Origin: Acidimicrobiia bacterium
GTDB lineage: Bacteria; Actinomycetota; Acidimicrobiia; Spongiisociales; JAOTWH01
Reading direction: 5' to 3'
Assembly (NCBI GenBank): GCA_036446035.1
Contig: JAZFSG010000078.1
Span: 2,674-66,673 of the forward strand
DNA: 64,000 nucleotides
The notes below the pieces were generated by a model. The model saw only the letters and a list, made by a program, of their open reading frames with translations, searched no databases and had not been told where the DNA came from. The position numbers and the translations under genes are program-made. Positions 26,507 to 39,211 of the stretch are shown here, piece by piece; within the stretch, counting starts at the first letter, position 1; each line of letters opens with the position of its first letter.

Positions 26507-27151
26507 ATGTTGACACAGAGCATCACCCGGTGGAGAGGAGAGACTGATCGAGAGCGATCTGCGCTGCTGCTCGCACTCTTGGTGGGGTTCCCTCTCTTCG
26601 CGACGTTGAACGGCCTGTTTCTCTTCACCCCCGTCGTCGGCATCGTGGGGATGGCGATACTCGTGGCAGTTGGGGTCAATGCTCTGATCCACGTCCGACG
26701 GGCACCTCGGTTGGTGCTGTCGGGATTGGCTGGAGGGGGCATAGCCGGACTTGTCGCTCTAGGGGCGGGCTCTCGCCTCGCGATGCGGGTCGTGTCTATC
26801 ACCGGCGGCAGGCGGGAAGTGAGTGCCGACGGCACGATGTTCCTCCTCATCGCCGGCGCCATGTTGGGAGCGATTATCGGCCTGTCCCTGGCCGGCGTTC
26901 TCCGCCTGTGGCGGGTGCGCGGTTGGGTCGTCGGCACCATCCTGATGGTGTTCTTCGGTTCGTTGTTGCTGGTCGGGTCCGATACGCGAAGCGAGTTGTT
27001 CGATGAGGGGCTGGGCATCTGGTTGAACCTGCCCATGTTCCTCGGCGTCTTCGTCCTGTACGGAGTCCTGGCCGTCCAGTCGATCGGTTGGGTCGATGCC
27101 AGGCTGCCGACTATCGGAATGGCTCGATATCCCATGCCTGAGCGGCCTTGA
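26507..27151 (+). CDS. integral membrane protein (214 aa, about 6 TM)
   Basis: Track ORF trimmed to ATG 26507 (GAGGAGG upstream). Gly/Ala/Leu-rich TM segments. Confidence 0.6.
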   Translation: MLTQSITRWRGETDRERSALLLALLVGFPLFATLNGLFLFTPVVGIVGMAILVAVGVNALIHVRRAPRLVLSGLAGGGIAGLVALGAGSRLAMRVVSITGGRREVSADGTMFLLIAGAMLGAIIGLSLAGVLRLWRVRGWVVGTILMVFFGSLLLVGSDTRSELFDEGLGIWLNLPMFLGVFVLYGVLAVQSIGWVDARLPTIGMARYPMPERP

Positions 27152-27171
27152 GGCGAGTGGCAAGGCCAACT

Positions 27172-28704
27172 ATGCGCACAACTGCTGCTCGCACCTCCGG
27201 CATGGTCTTGTTGGCGTTGGCTGCCGCCGCCTGTACCCCAGGACGGGCCGACATCTCGACTCCTGGCCCAGAAGGACCAGCGGCGTCGTCCACGCTGACG
27301 ACCGACCCTCCGCCTGCCACGACGACCAGCCAGGCCCCGACCGATGACCGACGGCCGGTGATCCTCGATTACTCGCCAACCGTCTCCGACCTGGGTGCGT
27401 TGGCACTCCTCGCAGCTCACCCTGACATACGCCTCATCGCCGTCACACTGCCCGGAACCGGTGAGTCCTACTGCGAGCCCGGGGTCGCACACACCAGAGG
27501 CGTCCTCGTTCAGCTGGATCAGAAGGACATCCCGGTCGCCTGCGGTCCCGACGATCCTCTGTCAGGATGGAACGCCTTCCCGACCTCTTGGAGGATCGCT
27601 TCCAACGAGATGGAGCTCCCGATCGCCGAGCCGAACGAGACGCGCTCCGCGCCTGATCTGATCGTCGATCTGGTGCGCTCATCCGACGTTCCAGTCGAGA
27701 TCGTTGCGGTCGGACCACTCACCAACGTGGCCATCGCTCTCCAGTCCGCACCCGATATGACGTCGAATGTGGCCGGGATAACCATCATGGGTGGCGCCGT
27801 AGACATCGCTGGAAACGTCTTCAGAAACGAGGTCGCCGAGTGGAACATCTGGGTGGATCCGACCGCCGCCGGTGTGGTCCTCGCCTCAGGAGCGCCGGTC
27901 ACCTTGGTTCCCCTGAACGCCACCAACCACACCCCGACCGGACGGATCTTCTACGACGCGCTCCTAGCTGCCGAGAGCACACCTGAGTCAAGCCTCGTCA
28001 GCGGCATATGGAGGGCCGCCGAGGAGCAGGTGACCAATCCCGACGGTTTCTGGTTCTTCTGGGACGAGTTGGCGGCGGCCGTGCTGGTAGACAGCTCCAT
28101 CGTCAGCTTTGAGACTCGCACCCTCGTGGTCGACGATGACCTTCGCGAGAACAAAGGCTGGACCAGAGAAGACCCGTCGGGCACTGCAGTGAGAGTGGCA
28201 GTGAGCTCGAATCGCCTTGCCTTCGAGACCCTCTTTCTCGAGACGCTCGTCGGCGGTCCCGTCGACCTCGGCTATCTCGAGGCGACTCCCGCTGAGATCA
28301 CCTATCTAACCGAAGTCGCTGCGATCGCAGATGAAACGCAGGTGGCGATCGACGATCTGTTCGAAGCTGCAGCTGCCGACATCGATCCGAGCCAGGACGA
28401 TGACGAAGGATTCTTCCTGCTCCTCCTGACGATCCTGTCCCAGGCCGTCGACGGCCCACTCGCCGAGCAGTTGATGGGCCTGGCGGCGCTCGACGTTCCA
28501 CCAAGCCTGGCAGAGAATCACCGGCAATACCTCGCGGCCTTGAGCGGCTTGATCGATTCGCGCGACGAGATGATGGCCGTGCTTGAAGCTGATGGCACCA
28601 TCGATGCCTTCGAACAGTTCCTAGAGCCATCAACGGAGGCATGTCTCGCGATTCAGCGGGAAGCCGACGTCCGTCTCCTTGACATCGATGCCATGTGCTT
28701 CTGA
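27172..28704 (+). CDS. nucleoside hydrolase (IUNH)-like lipoprotein with C-terminal helical extension
   Basis: Signal peptide ...LAAAAC and a Thr/Pro linker. IUNH-like core (GPLTNVAIAL, AEWNIWVDPTAA). The N-terminal Asp cluster is degenerate (DYSPTVSD). Confidence 0.7.
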   Translation: MRTTAARTSGMVLLALAAAACTPGRADISTPGPEGPAASSTLTTDPPPATTTSQAPTDDRRPVILDYSPTVSDLGALALLAAHPDIRLIAVTLPGTGESYCEPGVAHTRGVLVQLDQKDIPVACGPDDPLSGWNAFPTSWRIASNEMELPIAEPNETRSAPDLIVDLVRSSDVPVEIVAVGPLTNVAIALQSAPDMTSNVAGITIMGGAVDIAGNVFRNEVAEWNIWVDPTAAGVVLASGAPVTLVPLNATNHTPTGRIFYDALLAAESTPESSLVSGIWRAAEEQVTNPDGFWFFWDELAAAVLVDSSIVSFETRTLVVDDDLRENKGWTREDPSGTAVRVAVSSNRLAFETLFLETLVGGPVDLGYLEATPAEITYLTEVAAIADETQVAIDDLFEAAAADIDPSQDDDEGFFLLLLTILSQAVDGPLAEQLMGLAALDVPPSLAENHRQYLAALSGLIDSRDEMMAVLEADGTIDAFEQFLEPSTEACLAIQREADVRLLDIDAMCF

Positions 28705-28875
28705 TCGCTGGGCAGGCAGTCTTCGCTCCGAACACAAGGTCCCCCTACCGGCTTGCCAACCAGCGGCCCCAGTCCCGGAGTCTCAGTAGCACTTGGGTAA
28801 CAATTGCCCATCGGAGCCGAAGTAGGTCAGTGGCACAACAAGACCACCACCAAAAGGTCACCGGCGCCTCTCAAG

Positions 28876-28959
28876 TGCCCGGGGCAGGGCTCGAACCTGC
28901 ACGCCCCGAAGGGCCGCGGATTTTAAGTCCGCTACGTCTGCCAATTCCGTCACCCGGGC
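28876..28959 (-). tRNA. tRNA-Leu (anticodon TAA)
   Basis: Manual fold: acceptor GCCCGGG/CCCGGGC, anticodon loop CTTAAAA, long variable arm, T-loop GGTTCGAGCCC. CCA is not encoded. Confidence 0.9.
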
Positions 28960-28991
28960 AGCCCCAGAAGCTTACGGTTCATGGCCCGCAG

Positions 28992-29479
28992 CTACGGGAG
29001 GGGCGGCTCCCGCCACTCGGCGTTCACCGATCCGTCGGAGAGAACGCAGGGCGCCGTGCAGTCGAGTGGCTCGACTCTTGGCGCGGTCCACTCCCCTGCC
29101 GGGTTGTCGCCGCCCGCCGCGTAGTCGGCGTAATGAGCGTGCAGGCATTTGAGGCCCGCACCCTTGATGCCGGCGACACCCCCTGCGTCATCGCCGCGGT
29201 CAGCCGCGTACCTGACGTGGGCGTCTCGCATGCGCTGTGCAAGCTCAGGAGTCTCGTCGAGCAGCCGCTGCGCTTCCACCACCCCTCCGGCAGCCTCTAC
29301 TCGACCAATCCGTGCCACGGCGAGCGGGCAGGTCAGCCAGTACCGCGTCGGGAACGGCGTCCCATCTTCGAGGGCCGGCGGCATCCTCGCCACAACGGGG
29401 AGGCGGAGATGACAGCGGACGACAACATCGGCCTCGGCGCGAGAAGGCCGTCCTATCTGGGCGGAGATGACCGCCCGCG

Positions 29480-29483
<4 letters not shown>
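28992..29483 (-). CDS. DUF501 domain protein
   Basis: Track ORF trimmed to GTG 29483 (GTGA overlap with the ftsB stop). Sits in the conserved actinobacterial eno-ftsB-DUF501 neighbourhood. Confidence 0.75.
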
Positions 29484-32581
<3,098 letters not shown>

Positions 32582-32582
<1 letters not shown>

Positions 32583-33490
32583 CAGCCATCAGCGGGAGGT
32601 GAGATACCCGCAGCGTCGCTGTTCCAAGTCCCGATCTCTGATGCCACCGTGACGTCGGCGCCGCGCACCGTGTCGTTGAACCAGGTCGACCACAGTGACG
32701 AGGCCAGCTCCACTGGGAGGTAGGCCTCGGGATCGGCCTCAACGTCTTCCAGAGTTGGTGCGGTGCGATCGTCAACGATGAGAAGATGGAAGCCGAATTG
32801 GGTCTCAACGGGCCCGAACAGTGTGCCGATGGGGGCGACCAGCGACGCGTCCGCGAACTCGGTTACATAACGCGCCGCCAGGCTGCACCCCAGATCGCCG
32901 CCGGGGGTCCCGGTGTCGAGGGAAACCTCCGTGGCAACGGCTGCGAAGTCTTCTCCCCCATCGAGTCGAGCGGCAACATCCTGCGCCTCGCCCTGTGTTG
33001 CCACGAGGACATGACGCATGCACACCTCTGTTATCTCTTGTGGTCGGTTGTCGACAAGGTCGGCTAGATCCTGTGTTCGCAGCAACTCGGCGATGCCTGC
33101 ACTTCGCATCTCGAAGGTCTTCGCCTCTCGTCGCAGCAACTCGTCACTTGCCCCGTCGATGCCGAGCGTCTCGTCCAAGGTGGTGTTGTTGGCGGCAAGC
33201 GCCTCGTTGAACTGCTCGACCCTGGAGTCGATGAGGGCCGGCTCTATCTCGACTCCGAACTCGTTGGCGAGGCCCTGGGCGATGGCCTCCTGGAAGATCA
33301 CCCGTGACAGGTCGTCGCGGAAGTACTCGGCGATGATCGCATCCCCGCCGTAGGAAGTACGCAGCGCCAGGATGTCCGTCACGAGGATGTCCTGGCCATT
33401 GACGGTCGCGGCGACAGTGTCGTTAGCTGACGAACACGACGCTGCCACGATCAGGGCGACAACGAATATCGGCAGACGGCGCAGATTCAC
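32582..33490 (-). CDS. peptidyl-prolyl cis-trans isomerase, parvulin/SurA-like lipoprotein
   Basis: GTG 33490 forms a GTGA overlap with the mfd stop. Signal ...VAASC. Parvulin motif FGFHLLIV. Confidence 0.8.
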
Positions 33491-36400
33491 TCCTCGGAGG
33501 GAGGCCACAGTGTACGAAGAAGCTCGTGTAGGCGGCCAACGACCGGCGAGTCGGGCAACGGCAGGAAGAGCTCGGAGCCTCGGTAGACATGGCGGGGGGC
33601 CAGCCGTTGCAGTCGGACCTCGCCCGACGTGCTGAGGTGGACAGGACTGAGCTTGACTTCCCGCTTCAGCCCGACGATCTCAGCCAACCCGATCCGCTTG
33701 GCATCGACCCGCAGGCGGGCGACATCGAGCAACAGCGTGACCTCAGGCGGTAGCGGCCCATATCGATCGTGCCACTCCGTTGCGACGTCGGCGATGGCCT
33801 CCTCGGACGAAGCAACTGCCAACCGGCGATAGGCCTCCAACCGCGACCCTTGATCGCTCACGTAGTCCTCGGGGAGGTGAGCGTCGACGGCCAGGTCGAT
33901 GCGCACCTGCGGCTCAGGGGGCGGCTCGGGCGGACGGCTCTGCAGTTCGGCCACTGCCTCGGCGACCAGCTCGGCATACAGGTCGAGGCCAACTGCGTCG
34001 ACGTGACCCGATTGCATCTCCCCGAGGATGCTCCCCGCTCCCCGTATCTGGAGATCTCGGTACGCCAGCTCGAAGCCCGACCCGAGGTCGGTGGCCTGGC
34101 CGATCGCCTCGAGCCGACGGTACGCCTCGTCCGTCAGTCCGCGCTCGGGGGCGTGGAAGAGGTAGGCATAGGCGCGCTGCGACGACCGGCCGACCCTCCC
34201 CCGCAACTGATATAGCTGAGCAAGGCCGAGCATCTCCGACCGTTCGATGATGAGCGTGTTGACGGCCGGAAGGTCGAGCCCCGACTCGATGATCGTTGTG
34301 GCGACCAAGACGTCGTACTCGCCGGCCCAGAAATCGAGCATCACCTGTTCCAGCTGACCCTCTGACATCTGGCCGTGGGCAACTGCGTACCTGGCGTCGG
34401 GAACTAGCGACCGCAGTCGCTCGGTTGCATGCTCGATCGACTGAACTCGATTGTGCACGTAGAACACCTGCCCCTCGCGCAGCAGCTCTCGTCTGATGGC
34501 TGCAGAGACCGTCGGCGAGTCGTATGGCCCGACGTAGGTGAGAATCGGGTGGCGATCCTCGGGAGCGGTCCGGATGTGGCTCACCGGCCGAATGCCGGAC
34601 AAGGCCATCTCCAACGTCCTCGGGATCGGCGTCGCCGTTAGCGTCAGCACGTCGACGTCGGTGCGCAGCTCCTTGATCCTGTCCTTGGCAGTCACGCCGA
34701 AGCGCTGCTCCTCGTCGATCACCAGCAGGCCAAGCTTGCTGAAGGCGATATCGCCGGACAGCAGGCGATGGGTGCCGACGACCACATCGACGTCTCCGGA
34801 GGCAAGGCCCACCAACACCTCCTTCTGCTGCCGCCCGGTCAGGAAGCGGCTGAGAACCTCGACCCTTACCCCGAAGCGCCCGAACCGCTCCGAGAAGGTC
34901 TCGAAGTGCTGCTGTGCGAGCAGCGTCGTCGGCACGAGGACGGCCACCTGGCTGCCCTGCTCCGCAACCTTGAAGGCAGCTCGCATCGCCACCTCGGTCT
35001 TGCCGAACCCGACGTCCCCGAAGATCAAGCGATCCATCGGCGTTACAGACTCGAGGTCTTCCTTGACGTCGGCGATGGCCGTGATCTGATCAGGCGTCTC
35101 CTCGAATGGGAAGGCCAACTCGAACTCGCGCTGGAAGGGCGTGTCGCCCGGGTACGCCACCCCGACTGCGGCCGCTCGTTCCTGAGCCAGCCTGACCACC
35201 CGCTCGGCGATAGCGGCCAGCTCCTGCTTCACCCTCCCCCTGGTGTTCGACCAGTCGGTCCCCCCCATCCGGGACAATCGTGGCGCCTCGCCTCCGCTGT
35301 ATCGCCTGACGGCGGCCAGCTGGTCGGTGGGGACATAGAGCCGATCCTTGCCGGCGTAGGCGACAATGAGGTAGTCCCTCTCGATACCAGCGACCGTCTG
35401 GGTGGTGAGGCCCTCGAAGCGACCGATGCCGTGATGGTGGTGAACGACGTAGTCGCCGGCCCGCAGGTCGTTGTAGCCGGCTCCGACCTCACTTGCCCGT
35501 GCCGTGACGCGACGGTGTGCCCGCTGACGACCGGCGATCTCCCTCTCGCCGAGAACGGCGAGGCTCTCGCTGACGAAGCCCAGGTGGATACCACTCGAAA
35601 TCACCACCGACTCCACCGAGTCGAGCTCGTGGCGCCGCGGCAGTGAGAAGCCTGCTTCCTCGAGCACGGCGGCGGCCCTGTCGGCTGCGGCCTCGCCATC
35701 CATGGCGATCACGACCTCGATGTCGTCGGCTCGGAGCTTCGCCAGAGCAGCTGCCAGCGATGGGGCGTCTCCGGGCACAGCATCAAGGCCTGCCGCTTCC
35801 AGCGCCTTGTCCTCCGGTCGGGTCGGCGCGGGCGGTGCCAGCAACGCTCCTTCGACCGAGAGATCGAGGTAGAGCGCGGGATGGTCGCCTGCTTCAGGCG
35901 CTTCAGGCCCCCAGGTCGAAGCCAGCGCCGATGCCAGCTCGGCTTCCTCCTTGGTCAGCTCCGTGCTCCTATCGGCGGCCCGAGCCGGATCGAAGACAAC
36001 AACCGGAACTCTCACTTCCGAGAGAAGGGAGAGTGGGGGCGCCAGCCACGGCAACCACGACTCGATCCCGGCGAACGTCACTCCCTCGGCGATGCGATCC
36101 CAAGTCGATGCCGCCCACGGCTCGCTAGCCAAGAGGTCTGCTGCCAGCAGCTGGACGTCTGGATCTGGCCGGAGCTCCCGCGCCGGGTAGGCAACGAGGC
36201 GTTCGACATCCATGGTCGAACGTTGGGTCACGGTCGAGAAAATCCTCAGCTCATCTACGACATCACCGAAGAAGTCGAGCCTCACCGGGTCGAACGCCTG
36301 GGCCGGGAACACATCGATGATGCTCCCCCGTACCGCGAACTCGCCCCTGGCCTCGACTCGATCTGTTCTGGTGTATCCGGCTGCGGCCAGCGCCTGCTCG

Positions 36401-36861
36401 ATGCCCTCTCTGTCGACCTCCGCTCCGGCCTCCACAACAAATGGGCTGTAGTCCGAGGGCGATAGCCGCTGAGCAACGGCTCGCACCGACCCCACGACAA
36501 CGAGGCCGGGTTCGCCAATCGCCAGCCGGTGCCTGGCCACACTCCGGGCGGCCATGGTCGTCACGTTTGGCGAGACATGCTCGAAGGGCAGCGTTTCCCA
36601 TGCAGGCAACAGCGCGACGGTGTCGGTGAAGAGCGCCAAGTCGTCGGCGAGCTGCTCGGCGTCACGCTCGCTGGGTACGACGGCCAGCAAACCGTCCAAT
36701 CGGCTGGCGGTCGCCGCCAGGCTGATGGCGCGCAGCGACGGCGGCACGGCTATCCGACCGGGGGGGTCGGGGAGCGGCCGCCACCTATTAATGAGCGGGG
36801 CGAGTGGCGCCGCCAAGAGAGTCAGACTACAGCGGCGGTTCGGCGATCCGCCTGTCGACAA
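33487..36861 (-). CDS. mfd: transcription-repair coupling factor
   Basis: Helicase motifs (GDVGFGKTEV, VIDEEQRFGV, TATPIPRT) and a TRCF C-terminal domain. The start is uncertain (ATG 36861 overlaps the upstream gene; TTG 36816 is an alternative). Confidence 0.9.
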   Translation of the reverse strand: MSTGGSPNRRCSLTLLAAPLAPLINRWRPLPDPPGRIAVPPSLRAISLAATASRLDGLLAVVPSERDAEQLADDLALFTDTVALLPAWETLPFEHVSPNVTTMAARSVARHRLAIGEPGLVVVGSVRAVAQRLSPSDYSPFVVEAGAEVDREGIEQALAAAGYTRTDRVEARGEFAVRGSIIDVFPAQAFDPVRLDFFGDVVDELRIFSTVTQRSTMDVERLVAYPARELRPDPDVQLLAADLLASEPWAASTWDRIAEGVTFAGIESWLPWLAPPLSLLSEVRVPVVVFDPARAADRSTELTKEEAELASALASTWGPEAPEAGDHPALYLDLSVEGALLAPPAPTRPEDKALEAAGLDAVPGDAPSLAAALAKLRADDIEVVIAMDGEAAADRAAAVLEEAGFSLPRRHELDSVESVVISSGIHLGFVSESLAVLGEREIAGRQRAHRRVTARASEVGAGYNDLRAGDYVVHHHHGIGRFEGLTTQTVAGIERDYLIVAYAGKDRLYVPTDQLAAVRRYSGGEAPRLSRMGGTDWSNTRGRVKQELAAIAERVVRLAQERAAAVGVAYPGDTPFQREFELAFPFEETPDQITAIADVKEDLESVTPMDRLIFGDVGFGKTEVAMRAAFKVAEQGSQVAVLVPTTLLAQQHFETFSERFGRFGVRVEVLSRFLTGRQQKEVLVGLASGDVDVVVGTHRLLSGDIAFSKLGLLVIDEEQRFGVTAKDRIKELRTDVDVLTLTATPIPRTLEMALSGIRPVSHIRTAPEDRHPILTYVGPYDSPTVSAAIRRELLREGQVFYVHNRVQSIEHATERLRSLVPDARYAVAHGQMSEGQLEQVMLDFWAGEYDVLVATTIIESGLDLPAVNTLIIERSEMLGLAQLYQLRGRVGRSSQRAYAYLFHAPERGLTDEAYRRLEAIGQATDLGSGFELAYRDLQIRGAGSILGEMQSGHVDAVGLDLYAELVAEAVAELQSRPPEPPPEPQVRIDLAVDAHLPEDYVSDQGSRLEAYRRLAVASSEEAIADVATEWHDRYGPLPPEVTLLLDVARLRVDAKRIGLAEIVGLKREVKLSPVHLSTSGEVRLQRLAPRHVYRGSELFLPLPDSPVVGRLHELLRTLWPPSEE

Positions 36862-37633
36862 CAGCGTCTGGGCGTGCTGCGAACCACTCGCTGGCGGCGA
36901 CCAGCACCCCTTGACCCGCCCGCAGGGCTAGCTCGACGGCTTGGGGATCGTCCCTGTTGGCGCACGCCGCCAGAGCAGCGGCGAAGTACTGCACCGCCGC
37001 GGCCGTGACGTCGGCAAGCGACAAGTGCTCTTCGGCGAAGGCCAGCAATCCGGTTCGGTTGAGCGACCACGCCCTCTCCGGCCGACCGGTCCACACAGAC
37101 GCTGCCCGATAGAGCGCCGGAGGGAACAGGGACCGCACAGACCTTAGGTATGGCCAGAGCTCCGCGTCGGATAAGCCGAGCACGTCGTAGGAAACTCTGG
37201 CGGCGTCGGCGGCGGCGCCGGCGAGTCCATATCTATCTCGTTCCAACAGCCGGCTCGTCGACGGCACGGTTGTCGGTGGCTCTCCCCCATGCATCACCTC
37301 GTAGGTCCCGGGCAGGATCGTCCACCACTCGGGGAGCGTTGTCGTGTCGAGAACCAGCAGCTGCAGTGGCGTGTCGAATGGGACGGGTCCGCCGGCGTCC
37401 AGCACCGCGCGCCGCAGACCCCACGGCTCGTCGAGAGCACCATTCCGGTAGACGTGTATGTCGATGTCCGAGAGACCGGGAAGGAAGTCGAACGGGCCAT
37501 CCCACGGCTTGTGGGTCGACCCCTTCCAGATGATGCTCGAATAGCCGGGCAGCCGTTCGGCGGCGGCGTCGGCGATCTTGACCGCGAACTCGCCGATGAG
37601 CGCTCGGTCTCCGGAGCTCGACGGGCCGGTCAT
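36827..37633 (-). CDS. nucleotidyltransferase-fold protein (ANT/KNTase-like with helical C-terminal domain)
   Basis: ATG 37633 forms an ATGA overlap with the upstream stop. G-S ... SDIDIHV minimal NTase motif. Confidence 0.55.
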   Translation of the reverse strand: MTGPSSSGDRALIGEFAVKIADAAAERLPGYSSIIWKGSTHKPWDGPFDFLPGLSDIDIHVYRNGALDEPWGLRRAVLDAGGPVPFDTPLQLLVLDTTTLPEWWTILPGTYEVMHGGEPPTTVPSTSRLLERDRYGLAGAAADAARVSYDVLGLSDAELWPYLRSVRSLFPPALYRAASVWTGRPERAWSLNRTGLLAFAEEHLSLADVTAAAVQYFAAALAACANRDDPQAVELALRAGQGVLVAASEWFAARPDAVVDRRIAEPPL

Positions 37634-38631
37634 CCCGCCGGACCAGTTTCGATGAAACCGAATTCCCACAACCACTCGACTGTCCGTCGCAGCGTCGTTG
37701 GCAACGGGAGATAGGTGATGCCAAGCTCTCGCTCAGCCCGCGAGCCGTCGTAGCGATGGCCATGAAGCAGTGTGCGCACCATGTCCTTGCACATCGGCGA
37801 CTCCGACTTGCGCAAGCGCGCCACCCCGGAGGCGGCCCGGCCGGCCGCCATCGCCGCCCAGCCGGGCAGCGATATGACCTTGCGGCGGACACCCGTGATC
37901 TCGGACAGGATGTCAAGGGCTTCGGTGACGGTGGCGGTTGCGCCGCTCAGGATGTAGCGCTCGCCTGGTCGCCCCTTGTGCAGTGCCGCCATGTGACCTT
38001 CGGTGCAGTCGGCGATGTCGATTATGGAGAGCCGGGTATCGACCATGGCTCGCAACTTGCCGTTTAGGTAACCGATGAGGATCTTGGTCGAGCCGCCGGC
38101 GCGGCCGGGTCCTTGAACGGACGACGGGTTCACCGAAACCACCTCGACTCCGGAACTCTCCGCCGCTGCGAATACCGCGATTTCGCCCTCGTGCTTGGAG
38201 CGCTCGTACGACGAGAGGTAGGAGCCGCGGTGGGGCGACGTCTCGGACCCGACCGTTCCCTCCGCCTCCCCGATCGCAGCAGCAGACGAGGTGTGGACCA
38301 CCCGTTTGACCCCGGCGGCAGCCGCCGCCTCGACGACGTTTACCGAGCCGGTTACGTTGGCCTGGAACAGCGGCGACGGATCGCGCAGGCACATGGCGTT
38401 GAGACCGGCGACGTGGAACACCTGGTCGCAACCCTCCATGGCTTCGCGCAGAACGGCGACGTCCGAGAGGTCGCCCATGACCGGGTCGGCTCCGGCAGCG
38501 ATGAGCAGTTCTCCACCGGTCCGCGTCCTTGTCAGGGCCCTGACCGGCCCCAGGTCAGGCTCCAGCTGCAGCCTTGAGAGGATGGCGCCGCCAAGGAAGC
38601 CCGTTCCTCCTGTCACGAAAGTGCCGCTCAT
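37630..38631 (-). CDS. NAD-dependent epimerase/dehydratase (extended SDR)
   Basis: VTGGTGFLGGAI Rossmann motif and YxxxK (YERSK). Confidence 0.85.
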   Translation of the reverse strand: MSGTFVTGGTGFLGGAILSRLQLEPDLGPVRALTRTRTGGELLIAAGADPVMGDLSDVAVLREAMEGCDQVFHVAGLNAMCLRDPSPLFQANVTGSVNVVEAAAAAGVKRVVHTSSAAAIGEAEGTVGSETSPHRGSYLSSYERSKHEGEIAVFAAAESSGVEVVSVNPSSVQGPGRAGGSTKILIGYLNGKLRAMVDTRLSIIDIADCTEGHMAALHKGRPGERYILSGATATVTEALDILSEITGVRRKVISLPGWAAMAAGRAASGVARLRKSESPMCKDMVRTLLHGHRYDGSRAERELGITYLPLPTTLRRTVEWLWEFGFIETGPAG

Positions 38632-38635
38632 CGCA

Positions 38636-39172
38636 TCAACGGGCAGCCAGGGAGCGAATCACCTTCGCCGACTTGGCCAGGTAGTCGATGCCCGATGCCA
38701 CGGTGATCACGACTGCGAACAGCATCACCCACTCGTCTGGATAGAAAGCGCCCCACTCACCTGAGGTTCGCAGGATGGCAACGAAGATGGCCACGAACTG
38801 CACGGTGGCCTTGATCTTGCCGAGCATGCTTGGCGGCACCTTCGAGCCGTCGAGAGCAACGATGCCACGCAGGCCCATGATGGCGATCTCTCTGCCGACG
38901 ATGACAAAGGCCGCCCATGCCCAAGCCCGGTCAACCTCGACGAGGGCGAAGAGGGTCCCGGCAACCAGCAGCTTGTCTGCGATCGTGTCGAGGAAGGCAC
39001 CGAGGATCGTCGTCTGCTCCCAACGCCGAGCCAGGTAGCCGTCAAGAAAGTCGGTAGTGGCGGCAACGGCGAAGACGATCGAGGCCAGAACGTAGACGTC
39101 GGTGAGGACCAAAGCCATGATGATGGGCACAAGAACCACTCGTGTCCAGGCGATGCGATCTGGAACAGAGAT
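38636..39172 (-). CDS. CDP-alcohol phosphatidyltransferase (PgsA-like)
   Basis: DFLDGYLAR...GAFLDTIADK motif. The track ORF (GTG 39139) lacks the conserved N-terminal VPDRIAWTRVVLVP segment. Extended to ATC 39172..39170 behind GAGGAGG; an in-frame TAG lies at 39196..39194. Confidence 0.7.
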   Translation of the reverse strand: MSVPDRIAWTRVVLVPIIMALVLTDVYVLASIVFAVAATTDFLDGYLARRWEQTTILGAFLDTIADKLLVAGTLFALVEVDRAWAWAAFVIVGREIAIMGLRGIVALDGSKVPPSMLGKIKATVQFVAIFVAILRTSGEWGAFYPDEWVMLFAVVITVASGIDYLAKSAKVIRSLAAR

Positions 39173-39211
39173 ACGGCCTCCTCGAGGGCGATGCTACCCG
39201 GGGTCCGTGCG

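Noticed and set aside
28705-28875. Lower-GC non-coding stretch 3' of tRNA-Leu, considered as a possible integration scar or att site.
   Set aside because: No repeat of the tRNA 3' end, integrase, or other mobile gene occurs on either side within the window.
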